Shown: positions 1 through 11,745, counted from the stretch's first letter. The stretch is 64,000 nucleotides of DNA from an uncultured Acidobacteriota bacterium (GCA_963796275.1 CAWCKY010000003.1:288001-352000), one strand, 5' to 3'. Numbers and translations: made by a program. Notes: a model not told the origin generated them from the letters alone.

Positions 1-812
1 AAATTATGGCGAGAGCGGGCTATGACCCGCGCGATCTGGCCAACATGTTCCAGACGATAGAACGCGAGAGTGGATCGAGCGGAGCGCCTGAGTGGTTGAG
101 CAGCCACCCCGATCCAGGCAATCGTTTTGAAGCCATCACGAAGGAAGCCGGGCGGTTGCGGATAAATAAAAATGCGGATGGGTCCGATGTCGCTACCTTC
201 AACCGGATCAAGTCCGAGCTGCAGCGGATGCCCAAAGCCCAAACGATGGCGGAGATCGAACAGCGGGCTGCCCGTGGCGCTCAAACGGAAAGCAAACAAT
301 ATCCCGCCGATAGCAGCATCGATAAGTACGTCGATACCCCGTCGTCGAGTTATCGCGCTTATACCGGTAGCAATATTTTTCGTTTAAATGTGCCGACCAA
401 TTGGGAGCAGTTCGAGGGCCAGGATTCCGTAACTTTCGCACCTCGCGGGGCATACGGCAACTTCCGCGGCCAACCGGTATTCACGCACGGAACCGTCGTC
501 GGCTTCGTCAATACGCGAACTAATAACCTCGAGAAGGCATCGGACATATACATCGGCTCGTTACTGCAGAATAACGGTTATCTCCAGCCGGAGGCCCGCT
601 ATGTGCGGGGAAGCATCAGTAATCGGCGGGCGCTGACCATTACGCTGACCGGCAATTCACCGGTGACCGGCCGGCCTGAGCTCGTAAACGTCTATACCTC
701 GATGCTCCGCAACGGCTGGCTATTCTATGTCATAAACGTTGTGCCGGCTCAGGACTCTGATCTATACCGGAAAGCGTTCGACGACCTGGTCCGTTCTATC
801 GAGATAAACTGA
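1..812 (+). CDS. M48-family (BepA-like) metallopeptidase, C-terminal part; gene starts before the window
   Basis: AGYDP...WLSSHP..R motifs typical of the M48 peptidase C-terminal half; frame is open from the window start. Confidence 0.75.
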   Translation, partial: IMARAGYDPRDLANMFQTIERESGSSGAPEWLSSHPDPGNRFEAITKEAGRLRINKNADGSDVATFNRIKSELQRMPKAQTMAEIEQRAARGAQTESKQYPADSSIDKYVDTPSSSYRAYTGSNIFRLNVPTNWEQFEGQDSVTFAPRGAYGNFRGQPVFTHGTVVGFVNTRTNNLEKASDIYIGSLLQNNGYLQPEARYVRGSISNRRALTITLTGNSPVTGRPELVNVYTSMLRNGWLFYVINVVPAQDSDLYRKAFDDLVRSIEIN

Positions 813-827
813 AGCAGACGAGACCAT

Positions 828-884
828 ACGCCAGGGCTTGTCAGGCGAGATAATCGACGCCGACGCCTGCCACTGCCCTGGCGT
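828..884 (+). terminator. Stem-loop after the M48 gene (terminator or REP-like)
   Basis: acgccagggc (828-837) pairs with gccctggcgt (875-884). Confidence 0.4.
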
Positions 885-1001
885 CTACCCATTTGCATCA
901 CCGTATTGGACTCATGTTATAATCCATCCTTTATTTATTTAAGAATCTGGACATAGCACTCCTGTTAACTGCCTCTACGGAGTTGGGCTCGCCCCCAAGA
1001 C

Positions 1002-2810
1002 GTGATGACAGATATTGTTCGATTACTCAAATACATCAAACCCTACCGCGTAATCTTTGCGCTCTCTGTAGTTCTGATGATCGTGACCGGGTTGCTCGAG
1101 GGGGCTACGAGTCTACTGCTGGTGCCTATATTCGATAACTTATCGGCCACGCCCAGCGTTTCATCGCGCTTCCTCAATATCACGCGCTATCTGCCCTCGG
1201 GAGATAGCTCGCAGATGATCGCAGTTTTATTGGTCGTGTTCACGCTGACAAAAGGGGTGACCGACTATTTTTCGTCTTATTCGATGAGTTACATTGGGCA
1301 GAATGTAATAGCCGATGTCCGGACCTCGCTTTACGATCACATCATTCGCCAGTCGGCATCATTTTTTACGAAGCGGCCGACCAATGAACTGACGGCTCAT
1401 CTGATGAGCGATGCGGCGATGGTCGAACGCTCCGTCTCGGAGACGCTGCGCGATCTTCTGCGGGAATCGGTCAGTTTGATCGTTTATCTTGTTATCATCT
1501 TCAGTCTCAACTGGTGGCTGGCCTCTGTGATTTTGTTGCTGGCGCCTCCGGTTGCCTATCTGACAATGACGTTTAACCGCCGGCTCCGCGGCTACCTCAA
1601 TTCGCGGCAGGAGAGCGGCGCTGAGATGCTCGATACGGCGCAGGAAGCGATCTCATCGCACCGCGTCGTGAAAGCATTCGGGATGGAGGATTACGAGAGC
1701 CAGCGCTTCGGCAGGATCGCGCGCAAGCAGATGCGCGATCAACTGAGAGCCTTCCGCATCTATTTCTTCTCGCCGATCGTGCTCGAGACCGTCGGGGTGG
1801 TAGCGTTGGCGTGTCTGTTGCTATACGCGAAGAGCAGCATCATTGCTGGCCGGATGACGCCCGGGGATTTCGTGGCGTTTCTCTTCTGCATGTTTAATAG
1901 CTACACGCCGATCCGCCGCCTGAGCCGTATGCAGTACGAGCTGCAGAACGGGCTGGCATCGGCTTCCCGCATCTTTAGCGTTTTCGATGAGCGGATGGAG
2001 ATGCCCGAAAGACCCGGAGCAGTCAGTATCGAAAGATTTGCACGTGAGATAGAATTCCGCGACGTTTCGTTCTGTTATGGCGCGGGGTTCGATCTTCCCG
2101 TTCTCGAAAATATCTCCTTCAAGGTCGCGGCGGGTGAGATGATCGCGATCGTCGGCCAGAGCGGCGCCGGAAAAAGCACACTGACAAACCTCATCCCGCG
2201 ATTTTACGATGTGAGCGGAGGCGCGGTACTGATCGACGGGCACGATGTCCGTGATTTGCAGCTCGCCTCTTTAAGAAGACAGATCGCCGTAGTCACCCAG
2301 GAAGTCCATCTCTTCAACGATACGGTGGGCGCAAATATCGCTTACGGTGCCTATGGGCGTAACGACGGCGAAGCGGTGATCAGGAAAGCGGCGCAGGCGG
2401 CTCTGGCGGACGAGTTTATCGGCAAGTTACCCGGAGGGTATGATACTGTGATAGGAGAGCGCGGCCTGATTCTTTCGGGAGGGCAGCGCCAACGCATCGC
2501 GATTGCGCGCGCGATTTTGAAAGACGCGCCGGTTTTGATTCTGGACGAAGCGACCAGCGCGCTCGATACCGAGAGCGAGATGCTGGTGCAGCAGGCCCTC
2601 AATAACCTGATGCAGGGGCGTACCACAATTGTCATCGCGCACCGGCTCTCGACAGTGCGCAGCGCGGATCGGATCATAGTCATGGACGGGGGCCGGATCG
2701 CCGAGACGGGAACGCATCAGGAATTGCTGAGCAGAGGCGGTATATACCGCCGTCTGTATGAATTGCAGTTTGAAGAAGAGGAGATTCGCATTCTGAATAG
2801 CTATGCTTAA
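1002..2810 (+). CDS. msbA: MsbA-like ABC exporter (fused TMD and NBD)
   Basis: Hydrophobic N-terminal TMD, Walker A GQSGAGKS, LSGGQRQR signature, LILDEATSALD, IAHRLST. Confidence 0.8.
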   Translation: MMTDIVRLLKYIKPYRVIFALSVVLMIVTGLLEGATSLLLVPIFDNLSATPSVSSRFLNITRYLPSGDSSQMIAVLLVVFTLTKGVTDYFSSYSMSYIGQNVIADVRTSLYDHIIRQSASFFTKRPTNELTAHLMSDAAMVERSVSETLRDLLRESVSLIVYLVIIFSLNWWLASVILLLAPPVAYLTMTFNRRLRGYLNSRQESGAEMLDTAQEAISSHRVVKAFGMEDYESQRFGRIARKQMRDQLRAFRIYFFSPIVLETVGVVALACLLLYAKSSIIAGRMTPGDFVAFLFCMFNSYTPIRRLSRMQYELQNGLASASRIFSVFDERMEMPERPGAVSIERFAREIEFRDVSFCYGAGFDLPVLENISFKVAAGEMIAIVGQSGAGKSTLTNLIPRFYDVSGGAVLIDGHDVRDLQLASLRRQIAVVTQEVHLFNDTVGANIAYGAYGRNDGEAVIRKAAQAALADEFIGKLPGGYDTVIGERGLILSGGQRQRIAIARAILKDAPVLILDEATSALDTESEMLVQQALNNLMQGRTTIVIAHRLSTVRSADRIIVMDGGRIAETGTHQELLSRGGIYRRLYELQFEEEEIRILNSYA

Positions 2811-3675
2811 AAGCATGACCGGATATGGACAGGGATCTTCGAGCGGGCCGAATTTCACGGTTACGGTGGATTTGCGCTCGGTCAACAACCGGAATCTGGA
2901 CATTCACTGGCGGGCGCCGCAGGATCTGGTATCGTTGGAAATACCCTTGAAAAAACAGATTCAAGCGGCTGTTTCGCGCGGGCGCGTAGATGTGAATGTC
3001 AATCTGGTGCAGACTGCCGACGCCGCATTCGATATCAACCGCCCGTTGATTCGCGGGTACCTCGATGCGCTGCGGACGATCCGCGATGAATTCGGACTAT
3101 CGGGCGAAGCCGATCTTGCTTCCATCATCCGGATGCCCAATATTCTTATGGCGCCGGTCGGCAATTCCCCGAGTGAGGCCATCGCCCAATCCATCGAGGC
3201 GGCGATGACGCAGGCGCTGGCGGCGCTCGTCGCGATGCGTGCGGTGGAGGGCCACCAGCTGCAGAAAGAATTGATCGCTCGCGTTAATAGCATCGAAAGA
3301 CATCTGGCTGTGATCGAGGAGCATTCCACCGGCGTAATCGAGGCATACCGGGATAAGCTGAGGAAACGGATCTCCGAATTGCTGGAGAAGCCCGTCGTCG
3401 ATGAAGCTCGGCTCGCCCAGGAGGTGGCTTATCTGGCGGAGCGCAGCGATATCACGGAGGAGATCACCCGCTTGAAGAGTCACCTCGTGCAATTGCGTGA
3501 AATACTGGGAAGCGGCGGTGAGGTCGGCAAAAAGCTGGACTTTTTACTGCAGGAGGCTAACCGCGAGGCCAATACGATCCTTTCCAAGTCCTCCGAGGTC
3601 GCCGTCTGCGATTCCGCCATCGAGATAAAAACTGAGGTAGAGAGATTACGGGAACAAGCTCAGAACGTGGAATGA
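2803..3675 (+). CDS. yicC: YicC/YloC family endoribonuclease
   Basis: MLKSMTGYG N-terminus, SVNNR, GKKLDFLLQE.NRE.NT..SK, REQ.QNVE; lies upstream of gmk. Confidence 0.92.
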   Translation: MLKSMTGYGQGSSSGPNFTVTVDLRSVNNRNLDIHWRAPQDLVSLEIPLKKQIQAAVSRGRVDVNVNLVQTADAAFDINRPLIRGYLDALRTIRDEFGLSGEADLASIIRMPNILMAPVGNSPSEAIAQSIEAAMTQALAALVAMRAVEGHQLQKELIARVNSIERHLAVIEEHSTGVIEAYRDKLRKRISELLEKPVVDEARLAQEVAYLAERSDITEEITRLKSHLVQLREILGSGGEVGKKLDFLLQEANREANTILSKSSEVAVCDSAIEIKTEVERLREQAQNVE

Positions 3676-3750
3676 AGGGTTCGGGTCTGGAATCAGCAGA
3701 GTCCTCGATTGACTAGGACTCCCGGCTTTATCAGATTTTTATCTTTTACT

Positions 3751-4389
3751 ATGAACGGAAATCTGATCATCGTTTCAGCACCATCGGGCGCCGGCAAAAC
3801 CACGCTCGTCAACGACGTGGTCAGACGCGATCCGCGTGTTAAGTCGTCGATCTCGTATACATCGCGTTCCCCGCGGGCTGGTGAAGTCGATGGCGTGGAT
3901 TATCATTTTGTCACGGTGGATATATTCGGACGGATGATCGAGCGGGGAGATTTTCTCGAGTGGGCTGAGGTCCACGGCAATCTCTACGGGTCGTCACGCC
4001 AGGCGGTCGAGGAATACCGCGCAGCGGGATTCGATGTAGTTCTCACGATCGATGTGCAGGGAGCCACGACTGCCCGCAATCTCTATCCTGAAGCCATAAA
4101 TATCTTCATTCTCGCGCCTTCTTATCAAGACCTGATTAAAAGAGTGTCGCGGCGGGGTGGAGGTTCCTCGGATGATATGAAATTGCGGATGCGGAATGCT
4201 CTGGACGAGATCAAGCAATACGATAAATTTGATTATGTCGTAATCAACGATGAGCTAAACCGCGCAACGGATGAGCTGGCGGCGATCATTCTCGCAGAGC
4301 GATGTCGTAATCAGCGTCGGAAGCAGATCGTCGAGCAAATACTACGTACTTATATCAACAAATCAGAGGCTATTGATCATGGAAAATAA
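3751..4389 (+). CDS. gmk: Guanylate kinase
   Basis: SAPSGAGKTT, TSRSPR.GEVDGVDYHF, EWAEVHGNLYG; yicC-gmk-rpoZ-coaBC synteny. Confidence 0.95.
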   Translation: MNGNLIIVSAPSGAGKTTLVNDVVRRDPRVKSSISYTSRSPRAGEVDGVDYHFVTVDIFGRMIERGDFLEWAEVHGNLYGSSRQAVEEYRAAGFDVVLTIDVQGATTARNLYPEAINIFILAPSYQDLIKRVSRRGGGSSDDMKLRMRNALDEIKQYDKFDYVVINDELNRATDELAAIILAERCRNQRRKQIVEQILRTYINKSEAIDHGK

Positions 4390-4585
4390 AGAGAGCAACG
4401 AGCTGAAAAAGCTGTCGATCGACAGCAAGTATCGGAAGATTCTGATTGCCGCGAAGCGCAGCAAACAGATTCAGAAAGGCGCGCGCCCGCGCATCAACAT
4501 AACCGCCAAACCGACGCGCATAGCCCTGGAGGAAGTCGAGCGCGGATTGGTCAATTTCGAAGTCACTCAGGCGCTTGAGAAGTAG
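4379..4585 (+). CDS. rpoZ: RNA polymerase omega subunit
   Basis: SKYR.ILIAAKRSKQ...KPTRIALEE; ATG at 4379 overlaps the end of gmk. Confidence 0.88.
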   Translation: MENKESNELKKLSIDSKYRKILIAAKRSKQIQKGARPRINITAKPTRIALEEVERGLVNFEVTQALEK

Positions 4586-4675
4586 AGCGAAATGCTGGGA
4601 GAGTGCTGAAGCGGGAGCACGGGATTCAGTAACCCCGCTCTCTCGTTGCCCCATCCCGCATTCAGAAACAGGGGA

Positions 4676-5951
4676 ATGAAGGTTTTACTCGGAGTCACAG
4701 GCTGCATTGCCGCCTACAAGGCCGCGGAAATTCTACGCGGTTTGCAAAAGGGCGGAGCGCAGGTTCGCGTTGTGATGACGAATCATGCCGACCGAGTTCA
4801 TCCGGCCTCTGACGTTCGAAGCTCTCTCGGGAGAGCCCGTGATCGTCGAGATGTTCGACCGTCCGAATTATTCGACCATCGAACACATCTCAGTCGCCCG
4901 AGAAGCGGATTTATTGCTCGTCGCTCCCGCGACTGCGAATATCATCGCAAAATTCGCGCACGGGATCTCAGACGATTTCCTTTCGACGGTCTATCTTTCC
5001 AACACCAATCCTGTCCTGATCGCGCCCGCGATGAACGTCGAGATGTGGAATCATCGAGCGACGCAGGCGAATATCGACCATTTGCGAAAGCTGGGTGTGC
5101 AGTTTGTCGACCCTGGTGAAGGGTTCCAGGCCTGCGGTGAAGTCGGCGTCGGGCGGCTGGCTGAGCCGGATGAGATCGTCCGGCGCGCTCTGGAGATCGT
5201 CCGATCGCGGATGGCCGATCGGGGATTGCGGATTGATAAAGATACTTTGGGGAAATCCGCGCTCGGTGACCCGCAACCCTCCGATTTCCTCGGAGAGCAC
5301 GTAATGATTACGGCCGGGCCGACGATAGAAGACCTCGATCCGGTGCGGTTCATCTCAAACCGCTCTTCGGGGAGGATGGGGTATGCGATGGCCGAGGCAG
5401 CGCGCGACCGCGGCGCAAGTGTGACATTGATCTCGGGTCCGGTAACAATACCGCCTCCGACGGATGTCGAAATCGTGAATGTAATGTCGGCTCGGGATAT
5501 GTATGAGGCGGTGATGAGCCGCATTTCCTGCGCTACTGTTTTCATCGGCTGCGCCGCGGTGGCGGATTTTCGCCCCGCCAGATTTTCGAAGCAAAAGATG
5601 AAGAAAGATGGGCGCGGCGCGATTTCGATCGAGCTTGAGCAGACGGAAGACATCATCGCAGCTGTCTCGGCCTATCAGAACCGCAATTTACGCATCATCG
5701 CCGGCTTTGCCGCTGAATCTCAATCGCTCCTTGAATACGCCGAAAAGAAGTTGCGAGAGAAAGATTTGGATTTGATAGTAGCGAACGATATCACGCGCGA
5801 CGACTCCGGCTTCGATGTTGAAACGAACGCTGCAACAATCATCAGACGCGACGGTTCGCGCCTGGAATTGCCCCTACAGAGCAAACGCCAGTTGGCTGGC
5901 CGCGTCCTGGATGAGGTCGCAAATTTACGGTGGGTCGTTACGAAGTCCTGA
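4676..5951 (+). CDS. coaBC: Bifunctional phosphopantothenoylcysteine decarboxylase/ligase; apparent 1-nt frameshift at ~4788-4790
   Basis: [16 protein letters not shown] in one frame; [48 protein letters not shown] in the next frame. Confidence 0.9.
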
Positions 5952-6019
5952 GATGAAGAACCTTAATCGATCGGTAACCGGTATTAGGTTTTAAGCTACA
6001 TCCGCAGCGACTCTCTTAC

Positions 6020-6790
6020 ATGAATGAAATAAATCGAGAACTGGCCGAATTGATGAGACAGGCCCGAGAGCATTTGATTTATTACAGCGAGCTCGGGATA
6101 ACAGATATAGGCGAAATCAAGAAATCCGATCCCGCTGAAATAATCATGAAAAAAGATGAGGGAAATATTGCCTCGCTCTTCGGCGAGGTCTCTGTGCCAT
6201 CGCTGGAGGTCAGACACTCCGAAGAGACGCTAGAAGATATCCGCCAGGAGATGGGCGATTGCAAACGCTGCAAGCTATGGTCGACGCGTACCAAGCTAGT
6301 TTTCGGTGAAGGTAATGCGCAGGCGGAGCTGATGTTCATCGGTGAGGGGCCGGGAGCGGATGAAGATGCGTCCGGGCGGCCATTTGTAGGGCGCGCGGGC
6401 CAATTATTGACGAAGATGATCGAGGCGATCGGGATGCAACGTGAAGAAGTCTATATCGCCAATGTGGTCAAATCGCGCCCGCCCGGCAATCGCGCGCCGG
6501 AAAAAGATGAGGTTGAGGCCTGCATCCCTTACCTCTTCCGGCAGATCGCCGCAATCCGCCCTAAGATCATTGTCGCGCTGGGTAATCCGGCCACGCAGGC
6601 GCTCTTGCAGACGAAGATCGGAATCACACAGCTTCGCGGAAAGTTTCAGGAATATCCTCGTATTCGCCAGATAAAAGTGCTGCCGACATTCCACCCGGCT
6701 TACCTGCTGCGCTCGCCCGATAAAAAACGCGAGGCCTGGGATGATTTGAAAAAGGTGAGAGATTTTCTTCGCGGCGAGATTTCTTCATGA
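6020..6790 (+). CDS. Uracil-DNA glycosylase, family 4 (Fe-S)
   Basis: [30 protein letters not shown]. Confidence 0.92.
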   Translation: MNEINRELAELMRQAREHLIYYSELGITDIGEIKKSDPAEIIMKKDEGNIASLFGEVSVPSLEVRHSEETLEDIRQEMGDCKRCKLWSTRTKLVFGEGNAQAELMFIGEGPGADEDASGRPFVGRAGQLLTKMIEAIGMQREEVYIANVVKSRPPGNRAPEKDEVEACIPYLFRQIAAIRPKIIVALGNPATQALLQTKIGITQLRGKFQEYPRIRQIKVLPTFHPAYLLRSPDKKREAWDDLKKVRDFLRGEISS

Positions 6791-7839
6791 TCAGGGAAAA
6801 TATCCCGCTTGCTCCTTTCACGACGCTCCGGATCGGCGGGCCGGCGCGCTACTTAGCCGGCGCGCGGAATGAAGATGAACTATTCGAAACCCTCGCATTC
6901 GCCGCAAATCTCGGACTGCCGGTCTTCATACTCGGCGGAGGAAGCAATTTGCTGGTCGCCGATGAAGGTTATCCGGGATTGGTCTTGCATATCGTAATCA
7001 AAGGTATCAACTGGTCGACCGATGGTATGGTGACAGCGACCGCCGGCGAGGATTGGGATGAGTTTGTAGCGCAATGCGTTGAGCGTGATCTGGCCGGAAT
7101 TGAATGTTTGAGCGGTATCCCGGGGCTGGTTGGCGGGACGCCCGTGCAGAATGTGGGGGCGTATGGCCAGGAGGTTAGCGAGACAATCACCTCCGTCCGA
7201 GTCTACGACCGTTTGGCGAAACAGATCGTTGATTTGAGCAATGCCGGCTGCCGCTTCGGGTATCGCGCGAGTATATTTAACACCAGCGAGCGCGACCGTT
7301 ATATAGTCCTCGCTGCTACTTTCGCTTTGAAGGCGTATGGCGAGCCAGCTATCCGCTATCCCGACCTCGATAAGATATTTGCAGGTTCTTCGGCGAAACC
7401 GGGGTTGAAGGACGTCCGCGAGGCAGTTAGATCGATCCGCTCGCGCAAGGCGATGCTGCTCGTGCCGGGCGAGCCGGATGCCTGCAGCGCCGGGTCTTTT
7501 TTCAAGAATCCGGTCGTCACGGCCGCATTTTTCGCGCGGATGACGGAAGATGCCAGGTCGCATAATGCAATTGCGAGCGATCAGGAGGTTCCGCATTACT
7601 CGGTTGCCGCTGGCAAAGTGAAAGTGCCCGCGGGCTGGTTGATCGAGCATGCGGGAATTCCAAGAGGATATACGAGGGGGCGGGCCGGGATATCTTCCAA
7701 ACATTCACTGGCGATCATCAATCGCGGTGGGGCGACGGCGAGGGAAATCCTGGGATTGGCAACAGAGATACAGGAGCGCGTGCAGGCGAAATTCGGAGTT
7801 TTTCTGCAGCCTGAGCCCGTTTTCGTGGGGTTTGAATAG
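6787..7839 (+). CDS. murB: UDP-N-acetylenolpyruvoylglucosamine reductase
   Basis: TTLRIGGPA, LGGGSNLL, GIPG.VGG.PVQNVGAYG, SAGSFFKNP. Confidence 0.95.
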   Translation: MIRENIPLAPFTTLRIGGPARYLAGARNEDELFETLAFAANLGLPVFILGGGSNLLVADEGYPGLVLHIVIKGINWSTDGMVTATAGEDWDEFVAQCVERDLAGIECLSGIPGLVGGTPVQNVGAYGQEVSETITSVRVYDRLAKQIVDLSNAGCRFGYRASIFNTSERDRYIVLAATFALKAYGEPAIRYPDLDKIFAGSSAKPGLKDVREAVRSIRSRKAMLLVPGEPDACSAGSFFKNPVVTAAFFARMTEDARSHNAIASDQEVPHYSVAAGKVKVPAGWLIEHAGIPRGYTRGRAGISSKHSLAIINRGGATAREILGLATEIQERVQAKFGVFLQPEPVFVGFE

Positions 7840-7854
7840 GTTGGTAACCCAAAT

Positions 7855-10110
7855 TTATACCTTGGAAGGTCCTTTCCCGCTTACCGGCTCGATATCGACC
7901 ATAGTGTTGTAATCAGGTACGCCGCTTTCTGGATCGCATACGCCGCGTTTAATCAGCACATTGCCTTCCGGCCAGTGTGCCTGGACATTGCCGGGCGCGA
8001 TCGGCGCTATTCGACAGGATCCTTGCAATTGGCCTGATTCGCTTCGGACTACAACTGCGTCGCCGTCTTTCAATCCCAGCCTCTGAGCATCGGCCAGACT
8101 CATCAGGATATCGTCGCGCATAAAACTATTCAGCGGGTCGCGCTCATGATGAACGATGCTGTTGAATTGTTTGCCACGCCTCGTGGATAGCCGCAGCTTG
8201 CCCTCCTTCGCCGTGGCTTCGACCTCAATCGCCGAAAATTTCGCGCATCCATCTCCGGTTGGAAAATCAGGCGTTATCTCTCCCTGATCGTTACGGAGTT
8301 CGCAGAGTCGTTCACCGCCCCATTGAACCTGGTCGCCCGCCTGCTTCAGGTGTTGAATGCCGTCATATAAGGGGACGACACGCGCAATCTCGTTGCGTAT
8401 CGCTTGTGCGTTTTCGAAGTGGATCAGCCTGGCCGATTCGGGCTTTGCGCGTTCGGCGATCAACATAGGTATTTCCCATTCGGGTTTCGACTCGCCGATT
8501 CGGCGGCCCGGGATCTCGGGGCTGAAGAGAATTCTGCGTTCGGTAGATGTCTCTGTCCCTCCGCCGCGTTGTTCGTAGCGAGTCTGCGCCGGGAGCAGCA
8601 GCACCACTTCGCGCGGGGCGACCAGCATCTGCGGGCTGAGCACGATGTCCTGATGGACTCGCGCGGGCAGGCGCTCGATGCTCTCGCGCACATAGCCGGG
8701 ATCGGGAAGAGTTTCGAGGAAATTCCCGCCGCTGATGTAGAACCAATCGATCTCGCCCTCATGCGCGGCGTCGATCATCTCGACGGCATTCAAACCGCGT
8801 TGTGGAGATAGAGCAAACCCCCATAATTCGCTGAGCCGCGCGGCGCTTTCTCGGTCGATCGCAATGCCGCCCGGGAACAGATTGGGAGCCGAGCCCACTT
8901 CAGCACCGCCCTGCACTCCGGAATGTCCTCTAATCGCCATCAAACCGCTTTTAGGTTTACCGATGTAGCCGCGGACGAGCGCGAGGTCGACGATCGCGCG
9001 CACGTTCGCCACTCCATCGCTGTGCTGTGTGATTCCCATCGACCAGATGAATACCGCGCTGCGCGCTCGCGCGAGCATCCGGGCAAACCGCAGCATCTCA
9101 TCGCGGCTGGCGCCCGATTCGGCCTCGAGCAACTCCCATGTTTGGCCAGCCAGTCTCGCCTTCAGTTCATGGAAGCCGGTAGTGTGGCGCTCGATGAAAG
9201 CATCGTCCGCCCATCCGTTCTCGACCAGGTGTTTGATTACGCCGGCGATGAATGGTTTATCGCCACCTGTGTGAACCTGAAATATCTCGTCGGCAATCTT
9301 CGTTCCGAAGAGCGCGCTCTCGGCGACCGAAGGAATCCAGTAGCGCTCGAGCCCCGGTTCCCGGTAGGGATTTATCACGGCAACGCGCGCGCCCTGTTGT
9401 TTGGCGTAGTAGATGTATTTTGTCGTCACCGGTTGATTGTTCGGCGTATTGCTGCCGAAAAAAACGAGCAGATCGGATCCGATCCAGTCCCTGTATGAGC
9501 AGGTCGACGCCGGGACGCCGAGCGATTGTTTCAATGCCACCGTGGAAGGCGCGTGGCAGATGCGCGATGAATTATCGATGTTGTTCGTGCCGAGGAAGCG
9601 GGCGGCTTTTTGTGCAACGTAATACGACTCGTTAGTCAATCCGCGTGATGTGAGGTAAAAAGCCATGCGATCGGGCGTCGTTGCCACAGCGCGTGAAGCT
9701 GCGATATCCAAGGCTGCATCCCAGGCGATGCGCCTGAAACCTCGCTCGCCTCGGTGCCGAACGAGCGGATAAGGCAATCGTCCCAGCTGCCGCAGCTCTG
9801 CGGCTGACATAGATGCGAGCTCTGTAGCATCTTCGAGGCGTTTGATATCGAGCGCGGGCATCGTATTGAGCCGCATGAGATCGAGCCGGACCATGCACAG
9901 GTGCACGCCTTCCATCGTGAAATCGCGGATGCCGGTCGTACCGAGCGCGCATCCATCGCACACACCCCGGGTAAGTATGCGCCATGCATACGGCAACTGA
10001 TCGCGGTTGCGCCAAACTACTTTCGCCATTTCGAGGTAATGGTTCGGTTTGACCTGCCCGATCCCGTTAGGCATAAGGCTTACCCAGTTATTTTTGTTCC
10101 ATCTTCCCAT
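7855..10110 (-). CDS. FdhF/YdeP family molybdopterin oxidoreductase
   Basis: [32 protein letters not shown]-terminal [10 protein letters not shown] molydopterin-binding domain. Confidence 0.88.
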   Translation of the reverse strand: MGRWNKNNWVSLMPNGIGQVKPNHYLEMAKVVWRNRDQLPYAWRILTRGVCDGCALGTTGIRDFTMEGVHLCMVRLDLMRLNTMPALDIKRLEDATELASMSAAELRQLGRLPYPLVRHRGERGFRRIAWDAALDIAASRAVATTPDRMAFYLTSRGLTNESYYVAQKAARFLGTNNIDNSSRICHAPSTVALKQSLGVPASTCSYRDWIGSDLLVFFGSNTPNNQPVTTKYIYYAKQQGARVAVINPYREPGLERYWIPSVAESALFGTKIADEIFQVHTGGDKPFIAGVIKHLVENGWADDAFIERHTTGFHELKARLAGQTWELLEAESGASRDEMLRFARMLARARSAVFIWSMGITQHSDGVANVRAIVDLALVRGYIGKPKSGLMAIRGHSGVQGGAEVGSAPNLFPGGIAIDRESAARLSELWGFALSPQRGLNAVEMIDAAHEGEIDWFYISGGNFLETLPDPGYVRESIERLPARVHQDIVLSPQMLVAPREVVLLLPAQTRYEQRGGGTETSTERRILFSPEIPGRRIGESKPEWEIPMLIAERAKPESARLIHFENAQAIRNEIARVVPLYDGIQHLKQAGDQVQWGGERLCELRNDQGEITPDFPTGDGCAKFSAIEVEATAKEGKLRLSTRRGKQFNSIVHHERDPLNSFMRDDILMSLADAQRLGLKDGDAVVVRSESGQLQGSCRIAPIAPGNVQAHWPEGNVLIKRGVCDPESGVPDYNTMVDIEPVSGKGPSKV

Positions 10111-10323
10111 GTCCGATATCTGAAGTCAGAGCGATGCTATCTGTCAACTTTATGATAAACTAATTAAAGTCTAATTGAGACTTAGACAAGCAGACTGTGG
10201 ATTGGCACTGTGGATTGGCACTGATGAAAGGATTTTTTCAGATTGATTCCGTGCTCATCCCTTGCGTCAGTTTCGATACGTTGGTTGGTATCGCCGGTCT
10301 TAAAGTTTATCAGGCGCATTATT

Positions 10324-11658
10324 ATGAACGCGCTGGGACACAAGTTAATCGCCGCGGCCACGCTTTTTTTCTTGATGTTTACCGCTCAGCTCGCGGCAAC
10401 CGGAGAGGTGCTCCGCCTCAAGATCGATGATCAAATAACTCCAGCGAGCGCCCAGGTGATCATTTCCGCTATCGACCGCGCCGAACGAGAAAGAGCCGTC
10501 GCACTGGTCATCGCTCTCAATACTCCTGGTGGGCTGGAGACCTCGATGCGCGAGATCGTTTCACGAATTATCACTTCGCGCGTACCGGTCATCGTATACG
10601 TCGCACCGAGCGGTTCGCGCGCCGCCTCAGCCGGATTCGTCATCCTACTCGCTGCCGATATCGCGGCAATGGCCCCGGGTACTGCCACAGGCGCAGCGCA
10701 TCCGGTGCTCTCTGGAGGCGGCGAGATGACCAAAACCCTGACGGAAAAAATCCTCAGCGATGCGTCAGCATTGGTGCGCAATCTGGCCGAGAAACGCAAC
10801 CGCGACTCCCGGGCCGCGGAATCTGCGGTCCGCCAGAGCGTCTCCTTCACTGATAGCGAAGCCCTGGAGAAACAGCTTATTGAAATCATCGCGCGCGATG
10901 AAACCGATCTGCTCGCGCAAGTTAATGGGCGCACCATTACGCGTTTCGATGGCGGCAAGCTCGTTTTACAGACCGCCGGTGAGAATCAGGTAGACATCAC
11001 TCCGACCTTCAGGCAGCGGTTTTTGATGTGGCTGGTCGATCCGCGCGTCGCCTTCGTACTTTTCGCACTGGGGATGCTCTGCATCTACTTCGAGTTTCAG
11101 CATCCGGGCATCATCGCGCCCGGCGTAGTCGGCGCGGTTTCGATCGTGCTCGCTCTCTACGGTTTTCATATGCTGCCGATCAATCTGACCGGAGTGCTGC
11201 TCATAGTTGTAGCGCTTGGGCTCTTCGTGCTGGAAGCGAAAGTGCAAAGCTTCGGCGTATTGGGCCTCGGGGGAACCCTGGCGGCGGTGATCGGATCGCT
11301 CATTCTGATCGATCTACCCAATCCCGAATTGAGGCTGCCGCTCGGGCTGGTGCTTGCAGTAGTGTTCCCGTTCGCGCTGATTTTGATAGTTATGATCAGA
11401 CTGGCTCTGCGGGCGCGCAGCACCAGGATCTCTACCGGCGTGGACGGAATGATCGGCCTGCGAGGTTATGCCGAGACTCCGATCGAGCCCGAAGGACGGG
11501 TCTTTGTGCGCGGAGAGCTATGGCGCGCGCGGTCAAAAGTCAAAATTGCGCCGGGGGAAGGCGTGCGTATTACCCGAGTTGATGGACTTACCCTTGAAGT
11601 TGACCTCGCAGAGAAAGAGGTTGCACCCAAAAGAGTATCTGCGGTTGATGGTGAGTAA
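10324..11658 (+). CDS. nfeD: NfeD membrane-bound serine protease (long form)
   Basis: LNTPGG, AASAG, GAAHPV, TM region, C-terminal OB fold G.V.V.GELW.A; paired with a slipin gene. Confidence 0.9.
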   Translation: MNALGHKLIAAATLFFLMFTAQLAATGEVLRLKIDDQITPASAQVIISAIDRAERERAVALVIALNTPGGLETSMREIVSRIITSRVPVIVYVAPSGSRAASAGFVILLAADIAAMAPGTATGAAHPVLSGGGEMTKTLTEKILSDASALVRNLAEKRNRDSRAAESAVRQSVSFTDSEALEKQLIEIIARDETDLLAQVNGRTITRFDGGKLVLQTAGENQVDITPTFRQRFLMWLVDPRVAFVLFALGMLCIYFEFQHPGIIAPGVVGAVSIVLALYGFHMLPINLTGVLLIVVALGLFVLEAKVQSFGVLGLGGTLAAVIGSLILIDLPNPELRLPLGLVLAVVFPFALILIVMIRLALRARSTRISTGVDGMIGLRGYAETPIEPEGRVFVRGELWRARSKVKIAPGEGVRITRVDGLTLEVDLAEKEVAPKRVSAVDGE

Positions 11659-11745
11659 GATTCAGTTTTAGTTTTCGGCAGGAGCTCACAACAACTGAAA
11701 ACTTGGTAAATTGAAACTGAAAACTTTAATCCGGAGGAGGTCGAT

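Noticed and set aside
4785-4795. Programmed frameshift in coaBC
   Set aside because: No slippery heptamer, and the gene is essential; a 1-nt sequencing insertion is more likely
6880-7704. Long antisense ORFs (this one, 23022-23846, 57169-57894, 60707-61477 and others)
   Set aside because: They lie opposite well-supported genes in GC-rich DNA and show no recognisable motifs
10194-10223. 13-bp tandem duplication (actgtggattggc x2) containing TGGCAC, as a sigma-54 promoter
   Set aside because: No GC at the -12 position for either copy; probably a simple local duplication
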